Below the pieces are notes generated by a model that searched no databases, was not told the DNA's origin, and saw only the letters and a program-made list of their open reading frames with translations. From Anaeramoeba ignava BMAN (Eukaryota > Protista > Anaeramoebae), in the NCBI GenBank assembly GCA_028826165.1, contig JAPDFW010000079.1, forward strand, positions 319,758 through 383,757: 64,000 bases of DNA, read 5' to 3'. The position numbers were made by a program, and so were the translations under genes. This document shows, in pieces, positions 13,912 to 29,078 of this stretch. Each line of letters starts with the position of its first letter. The first letter of the stretch is position 1.

Positions 13912-14306
13912 TGATTTTGATTTTGATTTTGATTTTGATTTTGATTTTGATTTTGATTTTGATTTTAATTTTGATTTTAATTTTGATTTTGATTTTGATT
14001 TTGATTTTAATTTTAATTTTGATTTTGATTTTGATTTTGATTTTGATTTTGATTTTGATTTTGATTTTGATTTTGATTTGATTTTTAATTTTGATTTTGA
14101 TTTTAATTTTGATTTGGATTTTGATTTTGATTTTGATTTTGATTTTGATTTAGATTTTGATTTTAATTTTGATTTTAATTTTAAATTTGATTTTGATTTT
14201 GATTTTGATTTTGATTTTAATTTTGATTTGGATTTTGATTTTGATTTTGATTTTGATTTTGATTTTGAAATTGATTTTAATTTTAATTTTGAATTTTAAT
14301 TTTAAT
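13912..14306. repeat. (TTTTGA/TTTTAA)n microsatellite directly 3' of the RNF213-like stop
   Basis: Direct. Confidence 0.9.
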
Positions 14307-14307
14307 T

Positions 14308-17300
14308 TTAAAGTTGTTTCCTTTTATTGAAAATATATCGATATGCTTCTCCTGTATATTTACTAGTTATTTCTTGCGGAAAATGATCTTTAATAATTCC
14401 ACTTTCTCCTTCATATTGAAGTAATATTGAAATATTATGAAGATATTCTTTTATTTTTTGATCTGTTTGAATTGTCCGAGTTTTTTCAATAAAAAGATTC
14501 TCAAATAAAAACTTCTCAAAAATAATAATCAATTTATCCAAATCAATTTTCTGACAAAATAAATCTAAACTCTTTTCATATTCGGGTGGAATTTTTGATA
14601 AATAACTCTTATCAATTTTCTTAAGAATATTTTCCGAATACATATCAATATTATTCTTAATAAATCTTAAATGTTTGAGTTTTAATGAATGAATTAATGA
14701 AACATTTTCCAAACCAAGAATATCAATACCAAATTGATTTGCAAATACAAAAAGTGTTTGTTCTGGTAACAATGAATCAACTTTTTGAATGTTTGAACAT
14801 AAATGGATAATATTTTCATAAAATAATTTGAAGTTTTTAATTGAGAATTTTTCAATAAGTTCATCAAGAATTTGATTCCATGTTTGCTGTGGAATATCCA
14901 TTTGATTCCATCTTGAATCATTCAAAAATGAAATATCTAATAAAATCAAATCTGTAAATTGGAAATTACTCACAATAATTGAAATGTTATCTTTCTTGAA
15001 AAATGTAACCAATTTTTGTTTCAAAATCATTTCAAATTTCTCAAAATCGTTTTCTGGATAATAGAATTGCATGTATTCATTAATTTCCTTGAAATCAAAA
15101 TTAAATGTTTCATCAATAGTTCTGTTATTAATATCAGATTTATGGATTTTTATTGGAAATTTAATCATTTTCTCTTTTGGCTTTTTAATACCTTTTTGAT
15201 TCAAAAATGTTTCATTGAAAATTTCTTTTAATTTCCGATATTCGTTGCAAATATAATTAACTAAATTATCAATATTTGGAGAATTATTAGGATATGAAAG
15301 AACTTTGATAATTGGTGAATCTTCTGAAATTAATTGGATTTTTTGTGATACTCTTTCTTCAATCTGATTTAATTGTGAGTCTTGTTTTATTTCAATAAAG
15401 TTTTTATTCAGCTGAGTAATTTCATCATTATTCATTTCACACAAACAAAGTTTCCAACATTCTTTAAATTCTTTTATCCAATTATCAATGTTTTCTTTCA
15501 TTTCTTGTTTTTCTTCATTAATAATTTTAATGAAATCAGTAATTTTGATTTGATTTGATTCTTGGAAACTGATTTTACTATTGTATTGGGAATTTATCAA
15601 ACTAATAAATTTGAGAAAGGATGGTAATAAATCAATCATTTTGAATTTAATGAAATTATCCAAAAAGAATTGAGTAATTGGATATTTTTGGATGTTTTTA
15701 ATGTTTGAAGGTTTCAAAAATTGAGATAATAATAAATTAGATGATGGAGATATAAATAATAAATCTTTGAATTTAAATGATTCTCCAATTTTTTCAATAT
15801 TAATTTGTTTAAGAATTTCTTCATGAGAATTAATATAAATATTTTGTAATAAATCTTCCCATTTCTGGAATTTATTCATTATAGTTCCATTATCAAGTTC
15901 ATTTGTGTTTAAAGTGGAAATTTTTGATAAGAAAAGAATGTAATAGAGTTTCGTATTTGATAATGTTAAATTAAGAAGGTTTGATAAATGTTTCATTTCA
16001 TTATAAATTAAAATGGAAATATCTTCAATAATGTCTTTGCTTGAATCGTGATTTTTTTCAATAATATCCAATGTTTTCAATGAAAAATGAATAATTCTTG
16101 CAATTTTTGTTGGTATAATAAATTTAGTATCTCTTAAACTGAACATTTGATTTGGTTCTTCATAATCAGAAATTCCAAAAATATTCTCATATAATTTTTC
16201 ATTAGTTAAAAATCCAACATTTATTTCATTGAAAAGTGGAGAAGCAACATGTTTTGTTTTCAAATATTTTTCTCCTGTTTCAACAACTACAACAAATATT
16301 TTTTGGAAATTTTCTTTTATTATATCAACTTTGCTAAGAATATAGTTAATAGTTTCTTTTATTTGATTTTGTTTCTCATTAAGATTTTGATTTTCGGTAA
16401 ATGAGGAAGTTATTCTTGTAAGAACGAGATGCTTTTGGTCTTCTTTGATTTTTCCTTTCAAATATTCCAAACAAAATCCATAAAAAAATCCTTTTTTATC
16501 AAGAATTTCATTTTGTCTAAAAACTTGTAAAAATTTCTCTTCAAATTCTTTTTTAGATGAAGAAATTCTTTTTGATGCAAAAATATCATATTCTTGGAAA
16601 AATTGTTCAAGAACAATTTCTGAAACACCTTTAACTTTGTTCTTTTTGATGATCTTCTGGATTTTGAATAATATGATGAATATATTGAATTGAATTGCTA
16701 TATTCTTGGAAAATATCATTTGTTTGATCAATTTCAGGATATAATTTTGATTGTAAAAATAAGGAATGTGAATAAAAATCATTTTTTGTGTATTGGAAAA
16801 GAGCTTGTAAAAATGTAAAAGTTATCCATTCAATATTTTCTGATGAAAATTTTAAATATTGTTTCAAATTATTGAAAATTGTTTTTCTAAAATCTAAATT
16901 GGATTTTGTAAATATCAATAAGTAATTAAAGAAAATTGTAAATAAATTTTGGAATTTAAATGAATCATTCCCTTTTCCAAAAAAATTAAGTAATCTTTGA
17001 TTTGGTTTGTTAGAATTTAAATTTTCGTTGATCTTATTGAAAAAATTAATAATTTGTTTGTCACTTTTTTGGAAAATTGAAATTTTAATCAAAATTTGGA
17101 AATAAATTTCAAAAAAATTAATTAATTCTTGATCAGAAATATCTTTTGTTTTGTTTTCATCCAAAAAGAAACTTAAGAACTCTTTTTTTGAAATTTCATT
17201 TTGAATACTTTTGAATTCTTGAGTTTGGGATATTTTTGATAAATTTTTGGTTTTAGTTTGAAATAAAAAGTAAATATTAGACCATTTCTTAAATAATTCT

Positions 17301-20300
17301 GAAATAAAACGTTCGAATTTTGTGTAATTTGTTAATTGATTCAAAAAATCATAAATTTTATCAATACAAGTTCCAATAGGTATTAATTCATTTGGAGAAT
17401 TATTCTTATTAAGTGAATTTTTAATAATTTCAAGTTGAGAATCAAAAAATCTATTCAATGAAAATTCTCCAAATTGATTTTTGTTTTGGTTTTGATTTTG
17501 ATTAAATTCATTAACTAATTTGTAAATTGAAGAAATTTGTTGAAATATTTCCCAATTAATTTTTTGATAAATTTCTCTTAATGAAAACTTGGTTAATGAA
17601 TTGATTTGTGATTCTTCAAAATGTAAAATGAATTTTTGGAAATCTTGAATATAATCTTTGAAAAATTCTTTTTCAGATTCATTAAATGAAATTCCAATCA
17701 AATCATTCAAGAAATTTTTCAGATATTTTTCAGAAATATCTTTGCGTTTAGAAAAATTTTCTAGCCAATTTTCAATTGGTTCATCAACAATATCTTTCAA
17801 AATATCTTTGTTTTCTTGATGATAATCTTCTGTTATAACTTCATAAAAATAATGGAAAAATGGGAATTCGGACTTATCAAATTGATCTTTCTGAATTTTA
17901 TGATAAGGTTGAATTTCGATTAATTCAAAAATTTGTTTCCAAAAATTTTCCTTTTCTTTGCTTGTTGTTAAAATTAACTTGAAATTATCATTAACCATAA
18001 TATAACTCAATAAAATTGCAAAAATTGTTTCCAACTTCTTAATTAATTGAGAATAAAGATAAGAATTAAAAGATTCATAACTTTGTTGCATTCTTAATTT
18101 TTGTGTTATTAATTCTTGAATATCCCATTGATAAAAACTTATATTTTCTTTTTTTCCTTTTTCAAACATAAATTTAAGTTTTGGGAAAATTAAATCTTTC
18201 AAAGTTTTCATTTTTTCTAAGAATGGTTTTGTGCTTTGGATTTTTTCAGGATTGATAAATTGAAGAATAGAAGAATTAAAAATTGGTTCAAATAATTTTT
18301 CCCATTCTTGATCCAAAATATTTTCAAGAAAATTTAAATCTGAATCTTTTGATTCTGAAATGATTGGAAATTTGATTTCAGATGGTAAAATATCATCAAT
18401 ATAAAAATATTCCCAATTTTTTTCAAATGCAAAATGGAATTGAGTTTTGGATTGTTGAGTTGATGGAAGATGAACAATGAAAATTATCTTGCACTTAATT
18501 TCTTCTTTTTTAATTAAATTTTCAATCATATATTTCGATTGATGGAATATTGTTTCAGGAGAAATTGATGTTGGAGTGAAACGAATTATCAAAGCAAAAT
18601 TTTCATCTTTATAAGGATTCGTCTTCTTTATTGGTTCTAATCCAAGATTTTTTCTAACTTCTTTTTCAAATTGTGTATCATTTTCAATTTTAGAAAGTTC
18701 AATTTCTTTAAATTTAAAATTTTGAATTTGTTCAGATTTGATTGTTTGAGAAATTGATGAAGAAGTAAGAACAACTGAACATTGAATTTGTTTTGGAATT
18801 AATGTTGTTTGGATTAAATCATTCAAACTATCGTGATATAAACTTAAATATCTTTGCCAAATATATCTTAAATATGAAATTTCTTTGATATTTTCGGTTG
18901 TATATTTTTTGATTGTTTTTAAATAAATTGAAAGCATTGATTCGTAATTGCAAATTCTCATCCACATATTTACTCCTTCAACTCTTAAATAATCTTCTTT
19001 TTCTTGTTTTTCTTTTTCAGAAAGTATTTGTTGGAGTTTTGTTACTAAAGAAGGTAATAAATCAGTATGATATGAAACTAATAATTTCTCTTCTGTAATA
19101 TCTGCAAATTTGCAAATGTTTTGGATAATTTCTTTTTGTTTCTGATAAAATCGAATAAATTCATTTTTGGTTATAAATTCTTCTGATATAAGTAAATATT
19201 TTTCAAATCTATTCAAAATTGCTGGTGATTCAACATTATAAGCTCTTGATTTATCAGAAATTACTATTAATCTAAATTTAGGATCAATTTTGATTTTGGA
19301 AACAATATTTCCAAATGAAATTTTGGCAAAAATTTCATTTTCTTTTTTTGAATAATTTTGATTTAATAAATCATATAAAGGTTCATATAATTGTTCATTC
19401 TTAAATAAGATTACTATTTCTCCATTACGAATTGAATCTTCAATTGATTGTAAATTACGAATAATTCGAGTTTGCTTTTTGTTTTCAGCAAAATCTGATC
19501 CAAAAAATAATTTGTAATCTGTTTTAGTACTTAATTGTTCAATTTCTTTTAGAATAAATGATAAATTGCATATTTTATCAGTCAAAATCATCATATGCCG
19601 AGAATAATTTGGAGTATCATTTGTATCTTCAAAACCAAATTCTTGAAAAATTCTTCTGTTTATATTTTGGTAAATTAGTTCTCGTGTTGTAATTTTTTTA
19701 TCGCTAATCAAAGGAACATTCTTTGGAAATTTGGGGAATAACTCTTCAATAAAATCAGGTTTTGAACTGAAATTTCTTAATAAAGCATTTAAAATTAATC
19801 CAGGATTATTGTATGAAATTCCATGTTTAATATTGCAATATCCAATCATTTTTAAGAAATAATAAAAATCTCTCAATCCAAAATAAGGTCTTGATTTACT
19901 TTTTGGATCTTTTCCTTGTTCTTTCACAATTTTCTTGTAAATTTTAGTAAGATAATTTGCAAATATTTCAGGAATCGTTGAATTCATTCCAACTGATTTT
20001 TGTGCATAAAATTTGTTGAGATGTTGCGCCTAATTGTGTTATAGATTCTCTTCTAAGAAGAATTCCTCGGTTTGTATTACTTGGATCTAAAACCCAATTA
20101 GAAATTGCAACAACTGAAACTCCTCCATTTTCTTTAATTATATCTTGAATTTTTTTGTTATCTTGATTAATTCTTGAAATTTCTTTTTCTGATTCTTCAA
20201 GTTGAGAATGAAGTGCTTTTAATGGCAAATCTGGACTTAATTCTGCAAGTGCAACTTCATCAAGAATAACAACTCCTAAATCATTTTTCTTTGTTTTTGA

Positions 20301-23300
20301 TTTTGCAATTTTAAAAACATCTTCAATTCCTTGAGTTGTTGTTATTGGTGAACATTGAAGGAAAGATTCTCTAAGTGTTCTAAGTTCAAGTTTTTTTGCA
20401 AAGTTATTTATTTCATGAGGAGGTTTCAAAGATTCCATTATAACTTCAACAGAAATTGATTTTGATGTTCCTTTTTTTGATTATAATAATAAAAATTGAA
20501 TAAAAATTAAATTAATATATTTATAAAAAAGAAAGAAAAAGATGTTATTTTACCTGGTTTTCCAATAATAAATAATGGAATTTGTGCATAAACACAAACA
20601 AAAATCAATAAACAATTCTCCTTCAAAGGTATGTTTTTTGCAATCATTTTTTTTGAAAAATCATAATCTTCTAATGATTCAATTAATTTTTCTTGTGAAT
20701 TTTCAATTACGTTTTTGCAGTTTCCTAATAAATTATTATTTCTTTCAAAAATTGCTTCAAAATATTGATCTTTGCTTGTTGTTTGTCGACTTGCATAACA
20801 AATGAATAAAGATAAGTAAATTGCTTTCTGAAAAAGATCTTCTTCTTCTTCTTGTTCATTTTCTTTTTCTGATAATAAAAATATACCAGCTTTAGATTCA
20901 ACAAGCCATTGAAATACTCGAAGAATTCTTGAAACATCTCGAAGTGAAATTAAAGCTGCTAAATTCCTTTTGAAATCATCATTTGTTTGATTTGAATCTC
21001 CATCTTGACGAATATAACTATGAGATTTGGAAATATATTCTTTGAATGATGATATAATTGTTTGATATTCTCTGAATTTTTCATCGTTGTTGTTTAAAAT
21101 TGAGTAAAAAGTATTATCAACCATTTTAGAAATGTATACTTGTTCTTGTGCTGAGTTTAATGATTCAAAACTAAGAACACTATTTTCTAATGAATTTGGA
21201 ATTTTATGAACTCGATAAACAGCATTTCTAATTTCTTCTTGTTCTTTATTCTTTTTATCTCCATAATCAAAAAGTAATCCACAAACCTTTTCTTCTTTAT
21301 TTTGATTTTCATTATTTTGATTTTCATTATTTTGATTTTCATTATTTTGATTTTCAGAAATTGCTTTGGATTTTCTTTCTCTATATGGATTAATTGCTGC
21401 AATAAATTTAATGTTTGATGGTATTTTTTTGCCTTCAAATAATCGATCAATAAACAAATATTTGAAAATAGGAATACAATATTTGGGTGCAGTATTCAAT
21501 TCATCAAAAAATAAAACAACTTGATTTTGTTTTCCAATTTTTAGATTTTTCAAGTAATTTCTTAATTTTTTCTTTTGTTGTTCCTCCATTTACATTAAAT
21601 GTAATGAAATGATTTGTTTCTTTTTCTTTTTCTTTTTCATTTAATTCTTCTTCTGAGTTGAATTTACTAAATTGATAATTTAAAATATCTCGAAATAAAT
21701 ATTCAATTAATGCAGTTTTTCCACATCCAGTTTCTCCACTTATAATTAATGAAAATCCAGTAAACATTCTAAATTGAATGAACATCATTTTGGAAAGATT
21801 ATCAAATGTAAGAACATATTTTCCTTTTCTTGTATCAATTCCATTCGAAAAAATTTCTTCAGACTTATTTGGATTCAGAAAGTTAAAAAATTCTGAAATT
21901 TGTTTATATTCTCTTTCAGAATTACTTAAGTTATTTGAAATTGGATCTCCAAATCTCCCCTGAGAAATTGAATATAAATTTCCTTCAAAATCAAGGAAGT
22001 TATCTGGAAAATTTGTGTTCATAAATAATCCAACTTCTTTCGTTGAACCAGAAATATTTGGATTATGAATTGAAACTGGATTCCCATTTTCAAATTCTAA
22101 ATTAAGAATGAACGAATAAAAATTATCAAAAGTTTTCCCTTGTTTTGAAAAAAAGGAAATTAGATTTAATCTAGCAACAGAAAATATCCAACATCTAATA
22201 ATTTCTTGTCTTCTTAAAAATGGGTTTTGATTAAGATTTTGATTTTTATTTTGATTAGAATTTTGATTTTGATCAGAAATTTCCCAATCAAGAATTGGAT
22301 TGATAAATTTTTTTAATGAATTCCAAAATTGATAAAATAATCTAAAAGATTTATGGAAATTGTGATCAGGATTTAATTGTTCTGAAATGATTTGTATGAT
22401 GTGTTGAGATTTATTGAAAAATGAGTTTGTATCAGGATTTTGTGATGATAATTCTTGTTTCCAATTATCAAAATCTTTGAAATTATTGAATAAAGTGTTA
22501 TTTTGAGTTTCAATTAGAAGATTTGCAACTTTTTTCAAATCATTATCATCAATTTCTTGAATTTTTTTTTGATCTTCATCAACTTCATACATTTTGAATT
22601 TAATTTCATTTACAGAACATGAACATTCTTGTGGTTGAAATTTTTGAAGTGGATAAAAATATTTCCAAATATTATTTTGACTTGGAATTTCAAAAAAAAG
22701 TTTTGCATTTGGAGGTAAAGTCCAACAAATATTATAAGGATCTTTTGCTTGTCTATCTTCAATAGAACCCCACATTGATAATTGCCAAAGAGAATCTGTC
22801 ATTTGTAATGAACATTCAGTTGGAAATTCAATATGAATAAATAATTCTTCATTTTCGTTTTTCTTTTCTATTGGGATTTTATTCAATTCAACAATCAATT
22901 CTTGTATTTCTCCTGTTGTAAGTTGAATAAGATAATATTTGTAATCAATTTTATCATTTTGAGAATTACAAAATTTTCTAATTTGATAACTTTTTCCATC
23001 TCCTTCATTTTGTGAATAAAAAACCTTGAAATGATGGAAAAATGTTGATTTTTGAATAATTTTATTGAGAATTTTATCATTTTCTAAGTTAATAATCAAT
23101 TTTCCTTCTTGTAATTGACTCATTAAAAATGCATTTTGTTCTCCTTCCAAAACAAAAATAGTTAATGGGAAATGTGTTGTGAAATTAATTGATCTTATTT
23201 GAGAAATAACTTCATTTTGGCATGTTTGGGATAATAATGTTGCATTTATAATAGAAAAAATAACCTTTTCTTCTTCTTTTTGTTTTTGTTTTTTAAAATT

Positions 23301-26300
23301 AGAATATTCTTCGTTATAATACTTATAAATTGAGAAAAAATTCTTCACATCTCCCACATTTGTATTTGAATCACAAAAAAGAACTTGTTCTCTTTGTGGC
23401 AAATAATTTGAATATAAATAATAAATCATGGTAACTTCATTGTGAATAAATGAATCTGTTTCACTTCTTTAATAAATATTTTTGGATTTGATATGTTTCC
23501 ATCCCTTTTGTTAATTTGTTTGATAAGTTCATTGCTCAAGTTTGTTCTAGATTTTATTTTGATTTTTTTTAAAGAATTTTTAATTTTTGACCAAGTAAAA
23601 TTATTTTTGATTAAATTGAAAAATCCTGTAGAAGAATTTTTCCAATTATCACTTTGTTGGCTAATAATACTGTTTAAAATTTCTTGTGGATCAGATCTTC
23701 CTTTTCCAAAAATTAATTTTAAGATTGGATAAATCACTTTGTTTTTTTCTTGAATATTTAATAAAGGAGTTGAAACTAAAAGTAATTGATTTGTTGATAA
23801 AATTCCTGATAATTTCTCTTTTGAAATATTTTTACTATCTTCTTCCCAATTTTTTAAAGCTTGGTTGATATTTTGTTTCAATTCTTCCATTTTTTCTGAA
23901 TAAGTATTATCATCTTCTTTGATTTCAATTTCTTTGTTAATTCCTGGAATTTGTTTATAATACTTTATTGGAATAAACTTTTCTAAATATGTATTAATTG
24001 ATTGAATTGTTTCAAAAAGAATTTCAAATTGTCTAAAGAAGAATGAATATTCTTTATCTTCAGTTGGATTCTCATTAATTGCTCGATTTTGACTTTTATT
24101 CTTTTTGTTTAAAGCAACTCTCCACATACTTATGAAATCTTCAAAATTAAGTATTTCTTTTTCTTGTTTAATTTGGCATTGAAAAATTGGTTCTTCAAGT
24201 CTAAAAATAATTTTGGATCCGTTTTTGAAAATTTTTTCAATTTTATCACTTAAAGTATCTGATAATTCTTTAATATTTTGTTCTTTGAATAAAGGGAAGT
24301 TTTTGACTAATAATTTGAGATTAATTTTTTTTATATTTTCCTCCATTTCTTTTTGAATTTTTGAGATTTTTTCTGTTACTGAATCAAAATTTTGAAATGT
24401 TTTTGTAAAGAAAGGATTGAAAATATCAATAAAATTAATTAGATATTTCTTTGTTTGATTTAAATCATCATCATTAGTTATATCTTGATTTTGGATGTTT
24501 GTTTTTAAATTATCAATAGTTTTTTCTTTTAATTCTTCTTTTATCCATTCAATTATTGTTTGATCTTTTTCATCTTGATTAGGAAATAAATCATTTATCA
24601 AATCAAGTATTTGAATATTAACTTTCAAAGTTTTTTCAATACTTTGTTTTAAATTTGTAATTTCAGAAAGTTTATTTTGTTGCCAATTTTGTTCCAAATT
24701 TTTAATATTTGATAATTCTTTATCATCTTTGTTTTGAATAAAAATTTCACAAAATTTAATAAAAGGATTAATTCTATTGATTATTTTCCTAAATTCAAAA
24801 AATTCTTGAATTCTGTTTTTTTGTATTTCTTTGGTTATGAATTGCTTTTTTTCAGATTTATTTTGTTCGTTATATGTTTGAAATTCTGTATAATCTTTAT
24901 CAAGATATTCTTCTTTTGCTATTGGAAATTCAGTGTTTATATATTCTAAATTTGGATCTTTGTTTAAATTTTCTATCCATTTTTCCCATTCAATTTTTAC
25001 GTCACTTAAAATTTTACCAATACTTAAATCTTTATTTTCTTGAGATTCAATATTTTTTGTTAATTTTTCTTTATATAAAAAACTTATAGAATATAAAATA
25101 ATGCTAAACCAAAGTATCTTCTTCTTTCTTTAATGTTTCAATGAATTGTTTGAATTGATCGATTGTAATTTCCATTGTGTTGATTTTTTCCCAATTTGGA
25201 AATTTTTCTTTAATCTTCTTTTCATCAAATTTGAGAAATAAATCTTTTATTGGAGAAAATTCTTTCAATAAGTTTTGAGTAAATTTTTTTGTTTTTTTGG
25301 ATTGTTGTTCTAGAAATTTTTTTTCCAGAATTCTCTTTTCCAGAATTCTTTTTTCCAGAATTCTCTTTTCCAGTATAATTTTTGAACAAAGGAAATAATA
25401 CTTTCAAATTCTTTTCATTGTCTTGAAAGTTCTTCAAATTATTTATTGTAGCTTGTTTTGGATTTTGTAATTTGATAAAATAATTGTAGATTTCTTCTTG
25501 ATATTTTTCCAATTTTTCTTTAAGATCATGAGCCAAATTAATTTCATTTGAATTTGGGTTTTTTGGATATAATAAATTGTTTTTAGGATTTGAATTATTG
25601 AATTGCAAAAATATGATAATTATATTCATCCATCTTTTTGGTAAACCTTCTTTATTTTTGATAATTTCATTAAAAGGACTGTCTTCTAATTTTTTTCTTT
25701 CATTCAGCAAATGTTCGCTCCAACTTTCTAATTGAATTTTTATTGGAAGAAATCTTAAAAATTGCTTTTTTGAAACATTTTGGAAATCATATGTTAAATC
25801 CAACAAATAGAATTCTTTTGCTTTTTCATCTAATTTATCAAAAAATTCTAATCTTTCATCGTTGTTTTTGATTTGTTTATTGCTGTATTCATGATAACTT
25901 TTATCTTCGAAAATTGTAATTAAATCAGATAATTTTTCAATATAAGTTCTTTTTTCATTTTTCAAACAGGGTTGATTAAAAAGGGAATGACCAGCAATAT
26001 CAGGCAATATACTTGCTATTTGCATAATAGCACTTCTTAGATTTCTGATTTTCCTCATTTCTGCACTGTTAGCGAAATTGTACAAATTCACCCAAAATTG
26101 AAAGCATTCCAATAAATTAGGGAAAATTGTATTTTTCAAGTTATCCTGGAAATTTGGAATTAAAAAGAGATTTATCATCAATTCTTTTTTTTGAATTGTG
26201 TTAATAAAATTGAACCAAATTGTGTTTTGAAAATTTAATGATTTGCCAAAAATATCGATTAAAACTGGTTTTGAAAGTTCAGAAAGTTTGAAGTGATACT

Positions 26301-27048
26301 TTGCATAAAAAGAAAAGAGAATTCCAAGATCTTTTTGTTGAATACTATTTGGATTTGTGAATTCCTTTTTGAAAGTAATGAAAAGAGGAAGAAAAATGAT
26401 TTTTTTTGATTCTTTGTAATTTTGATTTAATTCAGAAAGAAAATTAGTGAGAATATTAAAAGCATCAGGATCTTCTTTTGTTTGATAAAATTGGATGATT
26501 TGCTTATTGCATTTAATTAAATCATCTTTTTTGCTTTCTTTGAAAATTTTCTTCAGAGTTGATTTACTGTATCTTAATCCAAGAACAAAAAGAATTTTGG
26601 CAATATTTTCTGGTTTTGATTTGAAAGTAACTTTTGAACTTTGTTTTGTTTCGAATCTTTTTTTTGAGAAGGCATTCAAAAAATCTGTGAAAATAATTAG
26701 TTGGTCTTTTTTCAATATTTTTTTTTCACTTGGAGATGAATAATCAATAACTGCATCAATAACTCTTGTTCCATATTTTTTTGAATCTTTTTCATCGAAA
26801 TCAAAAATAATCTTTGATTCTTTAATGTCAATTTGTGTGAATTCTTTTTTTTTTTCTTTTTTATTTTCGAGATACAATCTGTAACTTGGTTTTTCTTGTT
26901 CTAAAATTGGGAATTGAAAAATGTAAACATGATTTGATTCAAAATCTTGTCCAATTTCTTTTGTTTCTTGATTTGAATCTTGGTATTGAAGTTTTGGTTT
27001 TCCTTTTTTAATTGTAATTAATGTAACTGGTATTTGGTTTTGTGTCAT
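14308..27048 (-). CDS. RNF213/mysterin-like giant AAA+ protein (~4,200 aa if frameshifts are repaired); one intron (20553-20471) and six apparent frameshifts (possible pseudogene or assembly errors)
   Basis: Colinear RNF213 motifs: LPQREQVLFC, EGDGKS, YVLTFDNLSK..ISGETGCGKT, LFFDELNT, AAINPYR, VYRVH, SLRDV, KEN..IPLFIIGKPGTSKS (joined across the intron), QCSP, VVILDEVALAELSPDLPLKALH, ISNWVLDP..NRG, FGLRDFY, FGSDF, LYDLLNQNY, LNRFEK. Confidence 0.9.
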
Positions 27049-27354
27049 TTTTTTTTATTTTAAATTTAAAAAAAAATAAAAAAATGAAAAGAAGAATTAA
27101 AAAAAAAATTTTTATTAAAAAAAGTGGAATTTGCTTTTTGTTTTTAAATTTAATTTGGAAATTATTTTTATTATTAAGTCTTATTAAATTTATTTTTATT
27201 TTTTTTATTTTGAAGTTGATCGAAAAAAGGAAAAAATGACTTAAATTTTTTTAAAAATTACTCAAAAATACCATTAATTATGAATTCGGAAAAACAAAAA
27301 GAAAAAATAAAAATAAAAATAAAAATAAAAAAGGAATTTTGAATTAATTTTTAT

Positions 27355-29078
27355 TTAAAATTGATATAAAATTAGTTTAAAATTGATTTAAAATTGATAT
27401 AAAATTGATATAAAATTGATATAAAATTGATATAAAATTGATATAAAATTGATATAAAATTGATATAAAATTGATATAAAATTGATTTAAAATTGATTTA
27501 AAATTGATATAAGATTGATTTATAATTGATATAAAATTGATTTAAAATTGATATATAATTGATTTAAAATTGATTTAAAATTGATATAAAATTGATTTAA
27601 AATTGATATAAAATTGATATAAAATTGATTTAAAATTAATTTAAAATTGATATAAAATTCATTTAAAATTGATATAAAATTAATTTAAAATTAATATAGA
27701 ATTGATATAAAATTGATATAAAATTGATATAAAATTCATTTAAAATTGATATAAAATTAATTTAAAATTAATATAGAATTGATATAAAATTAATTTAAAA
27801 TTAATATAAAATTGATTTAAAATTGATTTAAAATTAATATAAAATTGATTTAAAATTGATTTAAAATTGATTTAAAATTGATATAAAATTGATTTAAAAT
27901 TGATTTAAAATTGATTTAAAATTGATATAAAATTGATATAAAATTGATATAAAATTGATTTAAAATTGATTTAAAATTAATATAAAATTGATATAAAATT
28001 GATTTAAAATTGATTTAAAATTGATTTAAAATTAATATAAAATTGATATAAAATTGATATAAAATTGATATAAAATTGATTTAAAATTGATATAAAATTG
28101 ATTTAAAATTGATTTAAAATTGATATAAAATTGATATAAAATTGATATAAAATTGATATAAAATTGATATAAAATTGATTTAAAATTGATATAAAATTGA
28201 TATAAAATTGATATAAAATTGATTTAAAATTGATATAAAATTGATATAAAATTGATATAAAATTGATTTAAAATTGATTTAAAATTGATATAAAATTGAT
28301 TTAAAATTGATATAAAATTGATATAAAATTGATATAAAATTGATATTTGGGGAAATTGATATAAAATTGATTTAAAATTGATATAAAATTGATTTAAAAT
28401 TGATATAAAATTGATTTAAAATTGATATAAAATTGATTTAAAATTAATATAAAATTGATATAAAATTGATATAAAATTAATATAAAATTGATATAAAATT
28501 GATTTAAAATTGATATAAAATTGATTTAAAATTGATATAAAATTAATTTAAAATTGATATAAAATTGATATAAAATTGATATAAAATTGATATAAAATTG
28601 ATTTAAAATTGATATATAAAATTGATATAAAATTGATATAAAATTGATTTAAAATTGATTTAAAATTGATATAAAATTAATATAAAATTAATATAAAATT
28701 GATATAAAATTGATTTAAAATTGATATAAAATTAATTTAAAATTAATATAGAATTGATTTAAAATTAATTTAAAATTAATATAAAATTGATATAAAATTG
28801 ATATAAAATTGATATAAAATTAATATAAAATTGATATAAAATTGATATAAAATTGATATAAAATTGATTTAAAATTGATTTAAAATTGATATAAAATTGA
28901 TATAAAATTGATATAAAATTGATATAAAATTGATTTAAAATTGATATAAAATTGATATAAAATTGATATAAAATTAATATAAGATTGATTTATAATTGAT
29001 ATAAAATTAATATAAAATTGATTTGAAATTGATTTAAAATTGATTTAAAATTGATTTAAAATTGATTTGAAATTGATT
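27355..29078. repeat. 10-bp tandem array (AAAATT[G/A]AT[A/T])n, ~1.7 kb; same family as 10530-12780
   Basis: Direct; abuts the GNAT stop codon. Confidence 0.95.

Noticed and set aside
13473-14299. ORFs 13473 and 13850
   Set aside because: Poly-A/T and microsatellite read-through with no coding signal
25104-25106. TAG read-through or an alternative genetic code
   Set aside because: That frame meets TAA a few codons later, and the coding frame continues at +1. Other genes read normally in the standard code.
23430-25130. Micro-introns explaining the RNF213-like frameshifts
   Set aside because: The candidate GT..AG segments I found are 9, 27 and 30 nt (multiples of 3) and do not restore the frame
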